This document shows positions 61,663 to 64,000 of a DNA stretch of 64,000 bases, one piece after another. The stretch is from a virus. Its lineage: Duplodnaviria > Heunggongvirae > Uroviricota > Caudoviricetes. The position numbers and the translations under genes are program-made. The first letter of the stretch is position 1, and each line of letters begins with the position of its first letter. The stretch lies in IMG/VR virus record IMGVR_UViG_3300045960_000077, positions 47,422-111,421 of that record. The stretch is one strand, 5' to 3'. The notes beneath the pieces were generated by a model that searched no databases, had not been told where the DNA came from, and was given only the letters and a program-made list of their open reading frames with translations.

Positions 61663-61684
61663 TTAATTCCTCCGTTATTTGATA

Positions 61685-61719
61685 AATCATTATACCATAT
61701 TCAACCGTGATTGTAAACT
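61685..61719 (-). promoter_or_regulatory. sigma70-like promoter (TTTACAATC ... TGGTATAATGA)
   Basis: The reverse complement reads TAGTTTACAATCACGGTTGAATATGGTATAATGA. Confidence 0.5.
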
Positions 61720-62008
61720 ACGGTTTTCGCTTCGGTTCCCATGAAAGACCAAGATACTCCGTGACATAATACTTATTGAAAGCGTGGAGCAGGCCGTATT
61801 CCATATTCGTTACAAATTCGAATTCTTCGTCACAATTATCGTCGAATTTAAATATGCTGCGAATATCCAAGACGAAGCGTTTTTCCAACTGCTCCCTCAT
61901 TTCATCTTCAAAAGCGCAGGCACGCTCATCACAAAATTTCTTGAATTCATCAGAATTCTTGATTGAGTCGACAAGCACATCACCCACTTTTTCCCAGTTG
62001 ATTTCCAT
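61718..62008 (-). CDS. hypothetical acidic protein
   Basis: 96-aa ORF. Confidence 0.35.
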   Translation of the reverse strand: MEINWEKVGDVLVDSIKNSDEFKKFCDERACAFEDEMREQLEKRFVLDIRSIFKFDDNCDEEFEFVTNMEYGLLHAFNKYYVTEYLGLSWEPKRKP

Positions 62009-62400
62009 TACTTAAGCCCTCCCCACGAGCCAAACCAGATTTTGAACGACGTAGCGTTCTTACGATTCGTACCGAATGAAGAGCGATATTCCTTGGGACC
62101 AAGGAAAAACAGCTGCGCCCAGGGACCACATTCCTTTAAGCGTCCATTTTCCCACTGATACTTGGGGCGAGACGTTTTGAACCCCAGTTTCTTAAGCTCC
62201 TTACGAGCGAGCTCTCGGTATTCCAGCGGGATCTTGTACAGGCCGGGATAATCCACAGCCAGAGCGTACAGTACATTCGCTCCATGATCCAGGAAATACC
62301 GAGCGTTTTCCCTGTGATAATTATCCGGGAAATAGTGAGTCGTCACGCCATCCGTGATAAAGCAATCAGGCGATGCCGTTATGATGCGGGGCTTACCCAT
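62008..62400 (-). CDS. hypothetical protein
   Basis: 130-aa ORF. Confidence 0.4.
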   Translation of the reverse strand: MGKPRIITASPDCFITDGVTTHYFPDNYHRENARYFLDHGANVLYALAVDYPGLYKIPLEYRELARKELKKLGFKTSRPKYQWENGRLKECGPWAQLFFLGPKEYRSSFGTNRKNATSFKIWFGSWGGLK

Positions 62401-62401
62401 T

Positions 62402-62545
62402 ATACTTCCTCCTCGATAGCGATGTTGGTGGGTTCTACGCCTTCGGGATATTCAGCATAATAAATATCCGTCATTACCTTGTTCGCCTCCACCTCACTTG
62501 GAGCGTCGAACGTAAAAGTTACTGTATAGCTGGCCATTTATCGGC
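62402..62545 (-). CDS. small acidic protein (not in ORF track)
   Basis: Translates as MASYTVTFTFDAPSEVEANKVMTDIYYAEYPEGVEPTNIAIEEEV. Its stop overlaps the next ATG (TAATG), and a promoter lies upstream. Confidence 0.25.
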
Positions 62546-62561
62546 CTCCTTGATTTGATGA

Positions 62562-62597
62562 TTCATTATATAATACTGTTACGAGATTGTAAAGGTT
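62562..62597 (-). promoter_or_regulatory. sigma70-like promoter (TTTACAATC ... TATTATATAATGA)
   Basis: The reverse complement reads CCTTTACAATCTCGTAACAGTATTATATAATGA. Confidence 0.5.
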
Positions 62598-62845
62598 TAT
62601 CCTCCAAGCCTTTTGACGAGATGCTTGTAGACTTGACGCTCGAATTCATCAGCGAATATTTCATCATCATCGCTATCTGGACAAACCAGCCTGCCCACTA
62701 TTCTGTGATCACATTCGCCTGCAATATCACAGAAATTGTCATTAACAAGATCTAAAAGCGCTTCAGCGACCGCATGCGCCTCTTTCATTTCCCATTTCTT
62801 AAGAGTAATCATTACGGCCTCCACCTGTAGTTGGGACCTTCCCAT
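62597..62845 (-). CDS. hypothetical acidic protein
   Basis: 82-aa ORF. Confidence 0.35.
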   Translation of the reverse strand: MGRSQLQVEAVMITLKKWEMKEAHAVAEALLDLVNDNFCDIAGECDHRIVGRLVCPDSDDDEIFADEFERQVYKHLVKRLGG

Positions 62846-63198
62846 TTACGGTTGATCGCCTGAATTCCCTCAAAGGCGAGCTCCTTATCCCGGTTGAAGT
62901 TAAGCTTGATACGCCCCTTCCGGGTGTATTTTATAGCTCTTTCCTTCGACCACTTGAAGACACGGTGCCACGAAGCGCCGTGGTCGGCTGATACGTAGAC
63001 CGTATCCTTCGAAGCGGGACGAACCAGGATGCCGTATTCGGTCTTGTTCCAGGCGATGCCCCTGTCATAGGAGCCGACCTGATTACTGGTTTCCTCCGAC
63101 TCAACCGTCACCACCTTCTTGCCGAGGAGCGCTTTCTTGCCCTTGAGCTTGATATACTCCTCTTTGACTGGAGTCTTGCTAAGCTTGGGATACGCCAT
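62812..63198 (-). CDS. hypothetical basic protein
   Basis: 128-aa ORF. Confidence 0.4.
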   Translation of the reverse strand: MAYPKLSKTPVKEEYIKLKGKKALLGKKVVTVESEETSNQVGSYDRGIAWNKTEYGILVRPASKDTVYVSADHGASWHRVFKWSKERAIKYTRKGRIKLNFNRDKELAFEGIQAINRKWEGPNYRWRP

Positions 63199-63336
63199 TA
63201 CTGAACCTCCCTCATAATCGTGACCAGATTACGGATGAGATCGCTAAGGATTTCTTTCTTATCATCGACCCGCATGTCCTCGATGTAGTCCTCAACTTCA
63301 TGCAGAATGTCTAGAACAAAATCACCCGTTTTCATG
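63199..63336 (-). CDS. small protein (not in ORF track)
   Basis: Translates as MKTGDFVLDILHEVEDYIEDMRVDDKKEILSDLIRNLVTIMREVQ. It has RBS GGAGG, its stop overlaps the next ATG, and a promoter lies upstream. Confidence 0.25.
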
Positions 63337-63358
63337 TACGTCCTCCGTTATTTGATAA

Positions 63359-63394
63359 GACTATTATATACGGTGAAGCCGTGATTGTAAAGGA
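63359..63394 (-). promoter_or_regulatory. sigma70-like promoter (TTTACAATC ... GTATATAATAG)
   Basis: The reverse complement reads CCTTTACAATCACGGCTTCACCGTATATAATAG. Confidence 0.5.
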
Positions 63395-63664
63395 TTATTT
63401 GAGTACGAGCACCCTCGTGACCCGCTTGCTTTCCGGAAGGCTTTCGTCCGGATTCGCCTCGAGATACTCAGCCTCCTCGATCTCGTCCTCGCTTGCCATT
63501 GCCAGCTGCGAGTGATAGTCGGAGTACTTCACGTAGCCCTCCTCGAGGTCGTCGACCTTGTCGAAAAGGACCGACCGCCAATAATCCCTCGAGGGAAAGG
63601 CGAAGCCGACCTCAAGATCCTCGTCGAAGCCCTCCAACGCCATGATCAATTCCTTGACCGTCAT
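63395..63664 (-). CDS. hypothetical acidic protein
   Basis: 89-aa ORF. Confidence 0.35.
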   Translation of the reverse strand: MTVKELIMALEGFDEDLEVGFAFPSRDYWRSVLFDKVDDLEEGYVKYSDYHSQLAMASEDEIEEAEYLEANPDESLPESKRVTRVLVLK

Positions 63665-63886
63665 TTAACGCTCCTTCCAGTCGACAATTGCCTCGTCATA
63701 GGTTTTGAAATAGTGACCCCAATAAGCGTCGCTGTTCGCATCCACCGCCCAGGTGACGTACTCATGCGCGCCATGTGTACGAGCGCATACAACGCCGTGA
63801 TCATTTGAGCGCTGCTTGAACGCCAGAACCGTCGCACCGTTCGGGAGCGGGTTCTTGATAGCGAAGAACTTAAATTCGTGTTCCAT
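63665..63886 (-). CDS. hypothetical protein
   Basis: 73-aa ORF. Confidence 0.35.
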   Translation of the reverse strand: MEHEFKFFAIKNPLPNGATVLAFKQRSNDHGVVCARTHGAHEYVTWAVDANSDAYWGHYFKTYDEAIVDWKER

Positions 63887-63908
63887 TCAACCCTCCGTGA
63901 TTTGATGA

Positions 63909-63944
63909 TACCATTATATAATACGCAGACGAGATTGTAAAGGA
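63909..63944 (-). promoter_or_regulatory. sigma70-like promoter (TTTACAATC ... TATTATATAATGG)
   Basis: The reverse complement reads CCTTTACAATCTCGTCTGCGTATTATATAATGG. Confidence 0.5.
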
Positions 63945-64000
63945 TTAAATTTCAAGGCAATAATTGAATTCGCCGGCAGCAATTGCTGCCTTCAACGTAG

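Noticed and set aside
1-64000. Prophage or integration hallmarks (integrase, att sites, repressor) and rRNA genes
   Set aside because: None were seen. The gene content (own replication machinery, NrdJ, ThyX, a large tRNA set, early-promoter island) fits a virulent large phage, not a prophage or bacterial chromosome.

Overview
This window looks like part of a large (jumbo-type) virulent phage genome, in three compositionally and architecturally distinct parts.

- **1 to 19.9 kb, + strand.** A tightly packed replication and nucleotide-metabolism operon. It encodes a MazG-like fragment, class II RNR (NrdJ), a freestanding GIY-YIG endonuclease, ThyX, dCMP deaminase, two P-loop (d)NMP kinases, a divergent ThyX-like paralog with an FAD-binding partner, a HAD hydrolase, a UDG-like::DnaE fusion polymerase, an SDR epimerase, a PolA-like polymerase, SSB (DDIPF tail) and a DnaB helicase.
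- **19.9 to 20.4 kb, noncoding.** Five tandem stem-loop elements with different (covarying) stems and a conserved loop motif (TAACAGCAAT / CATACAGCAATC), directly upstream of a TROVE/vWA (Ro60- or DUF2828-like) gene. Then 20.4 to 25.6 kb (+ strand): that TROVE/vWA gene, two SAM methyltransferases and hypothetical proteins.
- **25.6 to 51 kb, minus strand.** A roughly 15-kb array of about 38 minus-strand tRNA genes, several with non-canonical features. It is interspersed with two HNH endonucleases, the NadV-NatV NAD+ salvage pair, a lytic transglycosylase, a lipoprotein, two paralogous B12-binding radical-SAM enzymes, an NDT-like protein, an ATP-dependent ligase and an SPFH protein. GC-rich structured noncoding stretches within the array remain unassigned.
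- **51 to 64 kb, minus strand.** A compositionally distinct, markedly higher-GC island of small genes. Nearly every gene is preceded by the same AT-rich sigma70-like promoter cassette (-35 TTTACAATC, extended -10 TGnTATAAT). Copies of this cassette also occur elsewhere in the window.

No CRISPR array, rRNA or integrase was seen. All calls are from reading the sequence and recalled motifs; no searches were run.
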